From Neoconidiobolus thromboides FSU 785 (Eukaryota > Fungi > Entomophthoromycota): DNA of 64,000 nt. Shown here piece after piece: positions 26,217 to 39,118 of this stretch. Numbering within the stretch: position 1 is the first letter of the stretch; every line of letters starts with the position of its first letter. The notes under the pieces are model-generated. The model ran no database searches and was not told where the DNA came from. It saw only the letters and a program-made list of their open reading frames with translations. The position numbers were made by a program, and so were the translations under genes. The DNA lies in contig MU626318.1 in the NCBI GenBank assembly GCA_025603075.1, forward strand, positions 1-64,000, given 5' to 3'.

Positions 26217-27083
26217 TTAAAAATTCACCACTTTAGCTTTTTTCTTTACTACTTTCTTTTCTGGAATTTTACTTCTTTTATTCGCTTGTTTTTTATACAT
26301 TTCTAAAAATACATCATCATCATCAGCTCCTAAATTCAAGTCCATTGTACCAACTTCAGCAACATCTTCATCTAAAAAAAGGAATATTCTATTTATTTTT
26401 GAAAATAAGAAAATTAGTTATTACCTTTCTTTTCCATCTCACAATCTTTGGCAAAATGGTCTTTTGAATCACAATGTTTACAACCACCACCATTGGGATA
26501 TAAGCCATTAATATTATTTTTACATTTACTAGCTAAATGACCGTCTTCTCGACATAAAAAGCAAGTAGCAAACTTAAATGGGTGTTCTAAATGACCGTGT
26601 TAATAGAAATGCTATTTTTAACATAACTGGGTTTACTTTTTCTATTAATATGATCACAATTTTTTGAGCTATGTTCCATTGTACCGCAATGATAACAGAT
26701 ACCAGTCGCTAACTCAACAGTATCTAATTCGGTATCTAAATTTGGATTTGCAGTTGAATTGGTGGGACAATCTTTAACACTATGGCCCGGTTTTCGACAA
26801 TTGAAACAGACCTAGTTGGTAGTTATATTAGTTAAAATTTTGTGCTTTATTTTTTAATATTCAATCAGTACCATCTTTGAGTTTCTATCATATTTTCTTT
26901 TTTCCCTTCTAATATCGGATCTTTTTGCTAATGTTTTAAAATATTTAATTTTTAAGTTTAATAAAGAATATTAGAATCTTTCTTACCTTGATGATCTAAT
27001 TTTGGTTGATTACTTGAAGTCCCTTTTCCTTTAAAACCATCCGCTTCTAAATACGTTTTTTTATATCTTGCAAAGCGGGTCAT
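26217..27083 (-). CDS. Multi zinc-knuckle (CCHC) protein, ZCCHC9-like, multi-exon
   Basis: MTRFARYKK start; CFNCRKPGHSVKDC, CYHCGTMEHSSKNC, CFLCREDGHLASKC, CKHCDSKDHFAKDC; ends KAKVVNF. Confidence 0.75.
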
Positions 27084-27888
27084 TTTGGATTTATTTTTAT
27101 TGAAAATGAAGCGTTTCCGAAGTGAGTGGGGAATTTTTGATGGAATTTTTTAAGCAAATGAAATGTAATTAATGAATTTTAGTGAAGTTATTTATGATAG
27201 TTTGATGCTTGAAAACCAAAAATTCATAGTTGTTATTTAGTTTGATAGATGAATAGAAGTTATTAAATTGCAGGAATTGACTTACAAAAGAAGCTTAATA
27301 ATATAGTACAAAATATTCTATTTATTAGAAGTTGTCTTAGAAGTTTATTTGTCCGTTTTTTTCCAGTAGAAATAATGGAAAAGATAGTGGTTAAACAAAA
27401 ACAAAAAAGAATTCTATATTTCTTTTTATTTTAACTAGTTATAATGATTTTATTCTGTTAATGTTATTTTTGGATTCAAGTTAACTTCAAATAAACAGTT
27501 TGATGTTTGCTTCAGACAAACTAAACTTAAGTAATTTTGACTTTAAAAAGTATTGATAAAAATAACAATGAAAGTAATTATTTCATTTAGATGTAAATTG
27601 TTTTAACTAAATTTTAGATCTTTTCATTTATATCAGGATTAAAAATGTAATATTCCAATCAAACTTAATTTATTCTTGATCTTTAATTCTGACATAAATG
27701 AGAAAATTCAAAATTTAATTGAAATGGCTTACATTTAAATAAAATCTGTTCAAATATTAAAAGATTTTAAAAGCAATTCTAATCTAATTTATTAGTGAAG
27801 CCATTAATCACCAATCGTTTTACCACGTTGAAAAAAAGTACTTCTGTTAAAATAAAATGTTCAATCTTTACTGTTTTTAAAATTTAGT

Positions 27889-29519
27889 ATGAATTATAAT
27901 GAAGCTACATTTAATAAAGAAACTGATGAAGTAACTAATTTTATAAATTTATTAAATAAATTTATTAAACATTTTAAGGATAATACCAAGTATATCGATG
28001 ATACCAATTTAGATTCTAGTAACTTAATATTAAAATCGGAAGATATTAATAAAGTGGTCAACTATTTACAAAACTTGGAAAATCAAGATAAATTGTATTA
28101 TAATCCGGGGCTATTAAATAATATTAATTTAAACCCACCAAATCATCATATACATTTCAATACCCCTCAATGGAATGGCATAACTACCATTCATCAAAAT
28201 AATTACAGTACTATAAATACAAGCTTAAATAATACTCTAAATAATGAAACGAATACTATGAATCATCTGAATTTAAATTTAAATTTAATGGAATACAATC
28301 ACCAACCTTTTTTAAATTCATTAAACAACAATGAACATCACCACCCTGGTAATTTTACTCCTCCTGTCTATATGATAGATAACACTCTGTTTTCTCCGGT
28401 AGTAAACCCTTATATTAATAAGTTTTGGTCTTTGCCCAACTCTGGTCATTTAAATATGTTAAACAATTTTAATTTACAAAAAGTATATTTATTTTACTTT
28501 GATTACTAATTAGCATTAATTAATATTTGCTTTAGGATATCCCAGATATTGACCTAAAAGATAATAATGTTCCAATAGCTACTTATGATGAAGATATTAC
28601 TATCTCAGAACTCAATGCTAACATTATCAATAATCTAAACAATCAAGATATAACTATTAAAAGCACTGATCTCAATGTGAATAATAATATAGAATTAGAC
28701 CAAACTGTTAACAGTATAAATAATCATAACGATCATATGAGTGTAAATGGTAATATTATAGCAACTAATATGGCTTCTATTCAAAATAAAACAAAATCCA
28801 TCATTACCCCATTAAACTTAATGAGTTCTCGTTTATCGAATGGTACTGGTTTAGATATTAAAGAGAACATAACAGCCGAACCATTTATAGCTAACCCATT
28901 ATCCACTTCAAAACTAAAAGCAGTCATCCCACCGGTCATACCAGAAGATGACGTTGAATCCATTGGTAATCCACAAGGAAATAAAGGAAAAAATGAAACA
29001 AGTCAAATTCCTACAAAAGATCAAGAAATTAAAAAACGCTATCCAACTAATAGACGACGACCTAGTAACCATCGACCATTGATTAGTCCAGCAATTATGC
29101 CAGCTGGTGTGAATACCAATTTAAGTGCTACTCAATTGTCTACGAAATCAAATTATCAATTAATTGTGGAAGGTAATTCAGCCGCACTCGGATTGAACTA
29201 TGCACCTAGTTTTGAACAAATAGTTAAAAGAAAACGATTAGTCCATCAAGCTTCGGAACAAAAGAGAAGAGCAGCATTAACAGCAATGTTTAAAGAGCTT
29301 GCCAATGTTTTAAAGGATTGTAGTGGCGAGGAAAAAGTACAATCTCAATCATCTATTTTGAATGGGGCTTGTGAAATACTTTTAAAGCAGGAAGAGGAAT
29401 ATTTTGTTAAGGCTGAAATGTTGAAAAAATTGAAAAGAAAATTCGGGATTGAAGAGGATTGTAATGAGTTTCCAAGGGTTCCAAATACATTGGCTAAATT
29501 AAATTATAATCCTAGTTAG
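27889..29519 (+). CDS. bHLH transcription factor, one intron (~28485-28535)
   Basis: C-terminal KRKRLVHQASEQKRR...ELANVL...SILNGACEIL bHLH; Asn-rich N-terminus. Confidence 0.8.
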
Positions 29520-30462
29520 AAAAATGGATAGTTGACTTGAATTTGAAGCGATTTTTTAGGTAATACATTAGTATTTTATCCTTCTTATTCTATAAACAAT
29601 GTTGGCTTTATCTTTTGAAAACTCAAAGCTTTATACATATCTTAAGATAAAAGTATAAGTCCATTTAAAGATTAATTGTTTGAAACATTGAACTTTAGCT
29701 TTACTACAGCATTTAGACTATTGAGAATAAAACTACATATTTAATTTATATTTGAAATCGTTTGATAATGGATTATTTTATAAGTTAAGATGCTATTTAC
29801 TTGTCACGATTTGTAATATTTAAACTTTTAAACAAAGAGCTATTAATAGAGATGTTATGAATACTAAAATCTAAAAAAATTGGACACTCTCAAGTCTTTT
29901 TTGTTGGAGAAATTTTGACAAAGAAAGGGATAGATGAGGATTAAGATATTTGTAAATATTGCTTTTGCTTACCAAATATTTTGAATTAAAAAAAGTTCAA
30001 ATAGAAAAAGTAACATAAAAGATTTTAATCTAGTACATACTATTCCAATATTTTTCTAATAGTAGCACTTATAAACCAAACTTTAAAATCAAACGTTAAA
30101 ATTACAACTTTTAAATTACTAGTTTGATCAATAATTATGAATTGCTATTATTTTAATTGTAGACTAAAAATTACTACTATTTCAATACTTGAATTTTTCC
30201 GTTGTTTGATTGCTAATTCTCCTAAATTTTAATGTCATTAGCAAATTTAGTTTGAATTTTGCTGATCAAAATAACTCCACTTAAAATTTTGGTTCAGACA
30301 CAATTGAGAGTTGAAATAAATTTTAATTTAAAAGGATGAGAGTAATAAAGGAATACCAATGGGATAACTAAGAGGAGTATATAAACGCTATAAACTCATT
30401 TTCTTTTCTATTTATTTTTCAATTTATCTCAATCAAGTCATATATAATTAATAACTAATCTC

Positions 30463-31671
30463 ATGTATAAACTATTTTTAGCATCAGTATTATTTATTTT
30501 CAGTCTAAGCACTATATTAGCACAAGAAAGATGCGACAATGGAGGGAAGTGTGGATATGAGGCACCATGCTGTTCACAGTTTGGCTATTGTGGTTCTAGT
30601 TGGGAGCACTGTGGCGTGGGTTGTAATTTTGGATCAAGTTTTATGCCACACAGTTGTTTTAACTATAAACCACCAATACATCACGAGCAACATACTAACT
30701 CTGATATTAAAAGATGCTCTACAAACTCTCATTGCCCTTTTGATGCTCCTTGCTGTTCCCAATTTGGCTACTGTGGTTCTGGACCAGATTATTGTCACGC
30801 TGGATGTAACCCCTATGGTAGTTATTCTCATTTATCTTGTGGTAATAAACCACCTATCTCCCCTGTTTATCCTACCAACAATATTATTGTTGATCCGCAT
30901 TACCCATCGGTTGATGTTATGCCTATAATGCCTGATATTAATAGTGAATGGAATTATCCCAATAATGGATGGGATGTACAAACATGTAATGCTTGGAAAG
31001 AGAACTTTAATACTGAAAGTAGTTTGACGAGTGGTGGTAATTTTATCTATGGTGGACCTGTAAGTTGGGAAAGGAATTCATTATCTTTAAAAATAATTAA
31101 AAATGATAATATGGTATTATCTTCCCCAGAGATGAAAGCAGGAGCAGGGGGCTGGGCGAGAACAAAGAAATATTATCATTATGGACGCTTTACAGCTAGA
31201 ATTAAATCAGCTCGAGTTGGTGGTGTAGTTAGTGCCTTTAACTTAATATCTAAGGACGGTGATGAGGTTGATTTTGAATGGGTAGGTCACAAAGAAACAT
31301 CCGTGCAAACAAACTATTATTATAAAGGTATTTTAGATTACTCCAAAGGTCAATTTTATGATTGTACCTCTAACACCCATTACAATTATCATACATATAC
31401 CATCAATTGGACTCGAGATTTTATATCGTTTTATGTTGATAATGTAATGATTCGTAAGATCACTAAAGAATCCACCTACAATCCAAGTACCAAATCGTAT
31501 AATTTCCCTACTTCACCAGTTCAAGTACAATTTATGTTATGGGATGGTGGTGCAGGCTCCCCAGGTACTCGAGATTGGGCAGGTGGTTATATTAATTGGA
31601 ATGATCAAGAAATCCTTTCAAATGGTGGATTTATTGATATGAAGGTGGAATATTTTAATTATGAATGTTAA
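30463..31671 (+). CDS. Secreted GH16 chitin transglycosylase (Crh/Utr2-like) with two CBM18/hevein domains
   Basis: Signal peptide; two CCSQFGYCGS modules; DEVDFEW catalytic ExDxE motif; QTNYYYKG. Confidence 0.9.
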   Translation: MYKLFLASVLFIFSLSTILAQERCDNGGKCGYEAPCCSQFGYCGSSWEHCGVGCNFGSSFMPHSCFNYKPPIHHEQHTNSDIKRCSTNSHCPFDAPCCSQFGYCGSGPDYCHAGCNPYGSYSHLSCGNKPPISPVYPTNNIIVDPHYPSVDVMPIMPDINSEWNYPNNGWDVQTCNAWKENFNTESSLTSGGNFIYGGPVSWERNSLSLKIIKNDNMVLSSPEMKAGAGGWARTKKYYHYGRFTARIKSARVGGVVSAFNLISKDGDEVDFEWVGHKETSVQTNYYYKGILDYSKGQFYDCTSNTHYNYHTYTINWTRDFISFYVDNVMIRKITKESTYNPSTKSYNFPTSPVQVQFMLWDGGAGSPGTRDWAGGYINWNDQEILSNGGFIDMKVEYFNYEC

Positions 31672-32520
31672 AACAGTTACTTTATTAAATATATCTTCAT
31701 TTCATTATTGTTTATAGTTTATAATCCCTTTAAAGTTACTGTTTTACTAAATGACTCTTTTATTTATTAAACTTTTATTTATCTAAATTGAACAATTATA
31801 TTTTTGCAAACTTGCCTGGATTTTGTTATTTATATCAATTTTATTTTATTTTAAAAGGGTTGCTAAAGGTTTTCCAGGCTTTTTTGTTCTTAATAGGAAA
31901 TAAAGTAGAAAGCGGAAGGTATATAGTTAATGAACGATGGAGTCAAGAGAGGAGATATAATTAAATTTATTGATTTCTTTAGATTTAGGCTTAATTTACG
32001 CTGTTTTTTTGTTTTATCATATTAGATATTTAAAAAATACAATATATTAGATATGTATTTTTTTACTTCTATGTAGGTTTTTAAACTTCGACTATAATCT
32101 TGAAATAGCTAATTAAATAGATTTTAAATGTCTTAATAAATAAATATTTTAAAAGTTACTTTTATTTAAATTTACACTTTACAACTGTTGCAACTCTTTT
32201 GTGACGCTTTTAGTGATGGTTTTTATAAGCAAATATCTATGTTATCATTTTTTAAAAGCCTGATGCATACTTTTTTCGAATTTTAACACAAATCTTCTTT
32301 TAAGATAGGCAGTTAATAGCTTAGAAAAGAGCTACAACAATTGTATGAGCCAACTTTCTAATCTGATGTCAAAATCGACTCATTACCTAGACCTTGACCA
32401 AACAACTCCCTGAATAAAAACTGTAACAAATTTAACCAATAAGAATGATTGACAACTATGAAGCTTCAAAGATATAAAAAGCAGGGTTTTAAATTAATTG
32501 TAACTTGCAATTAAAGGTAA

Positions 32521-35500
32521 ATGGATAAAGAGATTGTCGATAAAACTGAAGGGATGACAAAGAACATTAAAGTTGAAGTAGATAGGTTTCCTTTTACCTT
32601 TGAAAGGGTCGATGTCAACATTTTATTTGATGAGGATGTTAATATGATTAAAGAAGAAGTGGAAGCTATCTATGAAATATTCAAAAGGGATGAGAGTCAA
32701 GTCAAAAACACGATCCAAGATTCAACGGTAATAAAAAATAGGCGTAAAAGAGAAATATTACTAGAATGGCTATACAAAATAAAAGAATTCAATACACTAT
32801 TTAACAGAGATGAATCACCTTTGTTAATACTTTTAATCTCAAGTATCCTCGTTAGAGGATTGGAACCAAAGGACAAAAAAACCCTTTGTGATTTCAAATT
32901 TAATTATCCATCATCACCAGAAGAAAAACAATTCACTTCTACTTTACGCTCCACCTATGAAGAATTCAAACTCCAATCCCCAAAATCGTTAGATTTTTTT
33001 AAAATTAACCGCAATTGCCCTTTTTCTAAAGTATTGCTATCAAAATGGTTTAAATTTATTGAAGACTTTAGCAAATGGTCAGAAAAAAATGAGTTTGAAT
33101 TTAACCCAGATTCCCTTTTGATGTTTTTTGGTAGCCAATACTTTAGTAAAGATATTATACCTTCAACTTTTATTATCCCTGCTAATTCTATTGAAAGTAA
33201 CAATCCTGATTATGACTTTGATTCTACTTTTCAAAAGAACACTATCATAAAAAAAAGAACCAGAGCAGACTCAGCTAAAAGAAATAAGTCACAGGAAAAT
33301 ATAATATTAGATGCGACCGATTTTGAAAATTCTCTTAATATAGATTATCACGATTTAAGTTTAAGAGTCAAACATAAAATTAATAGATATTTGAAAGCAA
33401 GACCAGGCTATCCAGACGATGTAGAAAAACTAGAAGCACACGTTGATGAATCATTGAAAGCTTGTGAGGACTTGAAGCTTGATTTTTGTATTGTCCAAAA
33501 TCAAGCATGTAACGCAAAGGATATCAATATATTCAATCGTTGTAAATCATGTGTCATAAAAAAAAATGATGCTTGTAGATTTAGAGCCACACGATTATTT
33601 GCCAAAGACGAAAGAAATGAACTGGTCGATGGCTGTTCTTTTATTAAAGCAATTGAGTATGATGAATTCAAAGACGAAATATGTGATTTTATAAAAGGAA
33701 CCGGGGGGAAAAAATCAAAAATTGTAGATTCATTCACACCTCCAGACTTACCAACAGCGCCGTTGATTGCATACAACAATGAAGTTACGGATGAAGATTA
33801 TAAGTATATAAAAGAATATATCAACCCGGCATTAAAAGAATCATTGAAACACGAAATTGAAATTTACCAAAAATTTGGAAATGACATACGTTATCGTGCA
33901 ATGGTTCGGCCTATAGCACAGATTTGTGATAAATGTAGAACTTCTGTTTTCTGCTTTTTCTATATGTGTCGTAAATGCGGGACCGAGCTATGTGCCTTAT
34001 GCTATAAGAACTTTTATTATGAATTTGATTTTAGAGCAAACCCTTTTGATTGTATTAGTCCTCGTGGTTCTGATGCTAGTTTTCATACTCGTAGAATGTT
34101 TTTGCCATTTTCTTGTTATACATTAAAGGAGTTTGATAAATTTTATGATTCTATGCTTAGGTTCAACTCTCTCGATATGACAGCTGAAGCTGGAAGTATT
34201 AGGAGTGAATTATTGCCTAATCTCGATCATATCTCCCTTCCTTACCCGTTCGGAAAGAAAAATGCTATTAACCTATCTGATTTCCAAGTAGCGTGGAAAA
34301 AGGCCACTCCAATGGTAATTGAGCTTGATATGAGTTTATCAAAGTATTCTGTTGACCCTTCGTTCTTTATCGAGCATTATGCGGAAGCTGAAACTGACAT
34401 TATCTATTTAAATAGTAAAAAATATGATAGAATAAAAGTAAAAGATTTCTTCACTAACTTTAATAATGAAAATAAGGGAGTCCAATTTAATGAAAAGCAA
34501 ATACCAGCCAAGATCAAGGATTGGCCATCTGATAGAAGTTTCAAGGAATATTTTGAATGTCTCTACAATGATTTCATGAATCTTATACCATTTCCAGAGT
34601 ATATGAGATATGATGGTAAGTTTAACCTAGTTTCATATCTGCCAGATATCCACGTTGTCCCAGATCTTGGACCAAAAATGTACAATTCCTATTATTACGA
34701 AAATGGTAAGGAATTTGGCACCACGCCACTTCATTTGGATGCCGCAGATGCCATTAATATAATGAACTACTCCTCAGGTGGTCCAAATGAGCCAGGCGCT
34801 TTATGGCACATATTTAAAAGAGAAGACATAGAGATGCTTAAAAAGTTTATATTAAGATATAAGAAAGATTATGTGAACTGTCATCCAATTCATGACCAAG
34901 CCGTTTATTTGACTGAAAAAGACCTAGAGGGCCTTGCAAATGATTACAGTGTAGTAAGTCACCAGATCTATCAAAAGCCTGGTGATGCAGTACTTATACC
35001 AGCTGGTTGTGCTCATCAAGTCCAGAATCTTCATCATTGTATCAAAACTGCAATGGACTTTGTGGCACCAGAAAGTGCTCTGATTTGTACTCAACTAACT
35101 AATGAATTTAGAACACTTCCATACAATCATTCGAGGTGCATTGACGTAGTAAATTCATCAAGGTTGTTAGCCAATGTTTGGAGCACTATCCAAAAGGAAG
35201 TTACCGGAACCTTAGTTTTAAAAGGAAGGATCATTAACAACTTACGTGAAAAGTTTAAAGCTAGTAAACAAAGTAAAAGATTGGCTTCACATAATGAGCT
35301 TAAGGATACCGGGGCAAGAAGATCAAAGAGAATAAACGATACTCAAACTTATAAATCAGCTCCGAATTCAGATAATGTAAAAAATGACAAATCTAAAATT
35401 GATGAAGCAGATGAAATATCGCCTTATCATAATGGTTTTGGAAATATTGTGCCAAGGAGATCAAAAAGAGCGAAAAATAAAATTTTGTATTATGAACCAA

Positions 35501-35739
35501 AAATAAGTTCAGATGAAGTAAAAATTGATGAAGCAAGTGAACTGCTACTTTACCATAATGAAGTTGAAAATACTGCGGCAAGAGAATCTAAAAGAGTTAA
35601 AAATAAAATTCAATCTCATAAATCAATCTCCAGTCCGGATGAAGTAGAAGATATTAAAACTGATGAAAAAATTGAAATGAATGTTGAATATAGTGATAAT
35701 CAATTGACTGAGGAACATGAAAAAATGATGGAGGATTGA
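32521..35739 (+). CDS. KDM3/JMJD1-type JmjC histone demethylase, intronless
   Basis: CDKC..CRKC..CALC zinc finger; KDWP, PDLGPKMYNSY, TTPLHLD, GALWHIF, HPIHDQ, IPAGCAHQV; Fe-binding HxD...H intact. Confidence 0.9.
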   Translation: MDKEIVDKTEGMTKNIKVEVDRFPFTFERVDVNILFDEDVNMIKEEVEAIYEIFKRDESQVKNTIQDSTVIKNRRKREILLEWLYKIKEFNTLFNRDESPLLILLISSILVRGLEPKDKKTLCDFKFNYPSSPEEKQFTSTLRSTYEEFKLQSPKSLDFFKINRNCPFSKVLLSKWFKFIEDFSKWSEKNEFEFNPDSLLMFFGSQYFSKDIIPSTFIIPANSIESNNPDYDFDSTFQKNTIIKKRTRADSAKRNKSQENIILDATDFENSLNIDYHDLSLRVKHKINRYLKARPGYPDDVEKLEAHVDESLKACEDLKLDFCIVQNQACNAKDINIFNRCKSCVIKKNDACRFRATRLFAKDERNELVDGCSFIKAIEYDEFKDEICDFIKGTGGKKSKIVDSFTPPDLPTAPLIAYNNEVTDEDYKYIKEYINPALKESLKHEIEIYQKFGNDIRYRAMVRPIAQICDKCRTSVFCFFYMCRKCGTELCALCYKNFYYEFDFRANPFDCISPRGSDASFHTRRMFLPFSCYTLKEFDKFYDSMLRFNSLDMTAEAGSIRSELLPNLDHISLPYPFGKKNAINLSDFQVAWKKATPMVIELDMSLSKYSVDPSFFIEHYAEAETDIIYLNSKKYDRIKVKDFFTNFNNENKGVQFNEKQIPAKIKDWPSDRSFKEYFECLYNDFMNLIPFPEYMRYDGKFNLVSYLPDIHVVPDLGPKMYNSYYYENGKEFGTTPLHLDAADAINIMNYSSGGPNEPGALWHIFKREDIEMLKKFILRYKKDYVNCHPIHDQAVYLTEKDLEGLANDYSVVSHQIYQKPGDAVLIPAGCAHQVQNLHHCIKTAMDFVAPESALICTQLTNEFRTLPYNHSRCIDVVNSSRLLANVWSTIQKEVTGTLVLKGRIINNLREKFKASKQSKRLASHNELKDTGARRSKRINDTQTYKSAPNSDNVKNDKSKIDEADEISPYHNGFGNIVPRRSKRAKNKILYYEPKISSDEVKIDEASELLLYHNEVENTAARESKRVKNKIQSHKSISSPDEVEDIKTDEKIEMNVEYSDNQLTEEHEKMMED

Positions 35740-36321
35740 GTTTGCGTTGATTTTCGTAAAACAATCCTATAAAGCAATCTATATTTATATAAACAGTAGC
35801 TTAATTTCAAGTTTATTATTACAGTTAATTAAAATTTATTCAAGCTTGATCTAGTTATTGTTTTATTCTTATTAATTACGGAAACTGTGTTACCTTTTTT
35901 CGATTATTTAACTTTTTCTTACTTTCACCTTTATTTTTCATTTAAACAATCCTAGTGTACTTTTAATAAGTAAGTTTATTGGTATAGTTGTTATATAAAT
36001 AACAAAAAGGAATATATGGAAATAAATTTCTGTCAACATATTTTATAAAAAATAGTATGTATGTTCAAACGGGCTCAACTATCCAGCAATCTGATTGTAT
36101 TTATTCCTAGGAACTAACCATTTTGATATGCTTTTTTGGATTTATTTATCCGCTTTCTTGAACATTATTAAGTAAAAAATTATACTATAATTTTTAAGAA
36201 GCATGCTAATCTGTTCGAGTTTAATTTTTAGCCTAATCTTTATTTTAAATAAATGGTCAAGAAGTCTCTAATTAGATCTTAAAACAGTGTATTTAGTCAA
36301 AGTAATCAAAAAAATAAGAGT

Positions 36322-36423
36322 TTGGGGATGTATTTCTTTGTTTAAGAAATTTACTAATAATTTTTCTGCTCAAATAGCACTTAAAATATGGAAAAAGTAG
36401 TGAAGCCAAAAAACATTCTCATT
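36322..36423 (+). mobile_element. MITE-like element, copy 11
   Basis: GGGGATGTATTTC...CTCAAATAGCACTTAAAA...AAACATTCTC. Confidence 0.75.
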
Positions 36424-36726
36424 TTTTAGTTTTATTTGTGCATTTTTATGCAACATAGAGTGAAATTATTACTAAATACTGGAGCAGACGAAAAATATCT
36501 CCAAATATTAAAGCGAAAGATATATAAAACCTTAAATAGACCGCTTCAGTTTGATTTAAATAACAGCTTAAGGGGATCGTGTAACCAAAAAAAACTGCTA
36601 TTATTTTTAACAGTCCCATCATCAGTAGTTAGCTTAGTCTATATTAGCCACTAAATTTATTTTCATTCAGAACAAAGATTAGAAAGTATTAAAAAAAGTG
36701 AAATTGTATATTATAAATAATTAGAA

Positions 36727-37196
36727 ATGTATCATTAACCAGAAGATAAAGTTCAATTCGTTGTCTGCTTTATTCTCTTCCTTAGCTGGTTCTTATGTAT
36801 GATTCCAGTAAAGATAACCCAAAGGCAAGAAAATGATAGCTTTAGTACTAATAATCCTCATGGACAGTATAAAAATTTATCAGAATTTGTATAACGCTTG
36901 CTTTATGCTTATAAAAGTTTGAGTGAAGATTCTATTGGTTCGGTTTTTCTATACTGATAAACAAAATTGGTAATGACAATAGCAGTAGAGTTGCTGAAAC
37001 TGTGATCTCTTTGGTTTATCCTTTTGCTAGATCTGTTTTTGTTCCGGCTTATATGTTTGACAAAATACCAATTCATGCTGTCGCTTTTGTGATTGGTTTC
37101 TTAGCTAATCTTATATCTTTCATTATTTCACTCGTATCAAACTCAATTACTATCCCCCTTCTCTTTAATTTAGATTATGGTACCAAATCCATGTAA
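36727..37196 (+). pseudogene. MAPEG family pseudogene (paralog of 61918-62340)
   Basis: ATG TAT CAT TAA CCA GAA GAT AAA vs MYYSTEDK; second in-frame TAA and a frameshift; flanks also homologous. Confidence 0.8.
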
Positions 37197-37651
37197 ATAA
37201 AAGAACCCTCTTATAATGTATATCACATTTGGTGTCATAAAAATAAACTATTGCATAAATAAGACAGTCGGGCTCAACCTCCCAAGATTTTGGAAGTCTA
37301 CTATAAAAAACTTAAGTGAACCCTTTAACTAATCATATATTAAGAATAAATTTAAAAATTTAATTTGGATTAATTTTAACTAAATTCTAAAACTAATTTG
37401 GACATCCCTATTGTTTCTGATTAATAAACTAAAATTTAAATTTAAATTATTAATTAAATTTATAGTTTATTTAATATAAATTAAAATTATTGTAAAACAA
37501 AATTTAATATCAGTAGTTTTGTTATGGTTTAGATTATTTTCAATACAATAATAATTATCTGATGTATTGATTTATAGTTAATTATAAATATTAAAGATAA
37601 AGTAACTTAGCAAGCTAAAATAACGGATGGTGATCCCCAGTTATTATTACC

Positions 37652-37764
37652 ATATGGGGATATTTTTTTGATTTCATTACTTTTTTCACTTTCAAGCGCT
37701 ATTTCGCTATTTGAGCGGAAGATGTGTTAGTAAAATTCTTAAACACAAAAATACATCCCCATAT
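37652..37764 (-). mobile_element. MITE-like element, copy 12 (internal CGCTATTT duplication)
   Basis: ATATGGGGATATTTTTT...CGCTATTTCGCTATTTGAG...ATACATCCCCATAT. Confidence 0.8.
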
Positions 37765-39118
37765 TTTGATATTTTATGGTATCAAATTTAAATAGAGTTT
37801 ATTTATAATCTTATTTTAAATCTTATCAAATCTTATTATGAAACAAATGGTAAAATCATTATTGATATTATCGGAACTTAAAAAAACTATTATTTTGAAA
37901 CAAACTGCTATTAATAATCTTCTACACTTTTCTTAAAAATGTATAAAATCCTGGCATTTAGTAATTGCAAGCAAATAACTTACTGAAGGGTGTGTTTTGA
38001 TTTTAAATTAATTGTTATTAAAACAAAAAAGTCGTATCTAATAAATGAATTTATAAATATTAGAAAGAGAAATATAAATAATTGTAAACGGTCATAAAAA
38101 AGAGTAAAAGATTTAAATAATGAATGTTAATCATAGCTTGACGATAACTATGCTTTAATAATGACAATAAGACTTAATAGCTGAAGTTTATTTATAATTT
38201 ACAGTTTATGATTTATAATTTGAATCATTGAATATTATTATTAAACATAGTTTTTAGATGTACTCGATATTTAAACTTAAAAACTTTAAGATTTAAATAA
38301 AAAAGAAATTATTATAATACAATAATCAACACTAATAATCTTAGTATAATCTTAGATCATTTTCAAAATGAGTTAGTACTTAATAAAAGAATTTGTAAAC
38401 ATTATAAGAAAGATTATAAATAATTATAAATAATTATAAATGAAAGAAAATAAATGAAAGAAAATGAATGAAAGTGCAAAAAGGCTAAATTATTAACAGA
38501 TATTATCGTATATTGCGCTTTAATACATTATACAGGATTGAAATTCATTCAATTATTAATATAATTCACATTATCTAATATCAAACACTTAATAATCCTG
38601 ACTCTAAAACAAAACTATGAAGGCATAGAAATTAATAATCATTAATAGTGTAATTCGGAGCTTGAAATTTAAGAAGCATCATTAAAGTTGTTAAGTAATC
38701 TTACTAAATTTAGTTACTTATGTTACCCCATTTTTAATAAAATTATCACGGAGTGATAATTGTTGACTCAATTTCAATCTATCTGATTTGATTGGAATTT
38801 AATGGCTTTATTAGTTCAATAATGTTGGATTAAGGTTAAAATTAGATTAAAAAAAATACCTTAAGATCATTTCCAAGTTACTATTATAAAGATGGTCAAT
38901 GCCTTTTTTCACAAAGAACCACCAATTAAGTTTAAGAAGTTAAATCTTATAGCCAATAAATCTCAAATATTTCTTTTGTTCCTTATCTGATTTGTAGAGT
39001 TACATTTCATTGGTAGAGAGTAGAGAGGTTTATCAGATTAGTATAAAAGAATAGGATTTTTAGTAAACAACTTTTAATAAAAAAAGAAACAAGTTAGTAT
39101 TTTTATCGAAAATTTAAT

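Noticed and set aside
31800-31990. Possible LITAF remnant upstream of the intact JmjC gene
   Set aside because: Only short AT-rich matches; not distinguishable from chance.
3785-35581. Short antisense or alternate-frame ORFs overlapping real genes (e.g. 3785, 13469, 22062, 30539, 33501, 35393)
   Set aside because: Shadow ORFs of genuine coding regions, with no independent evidence.
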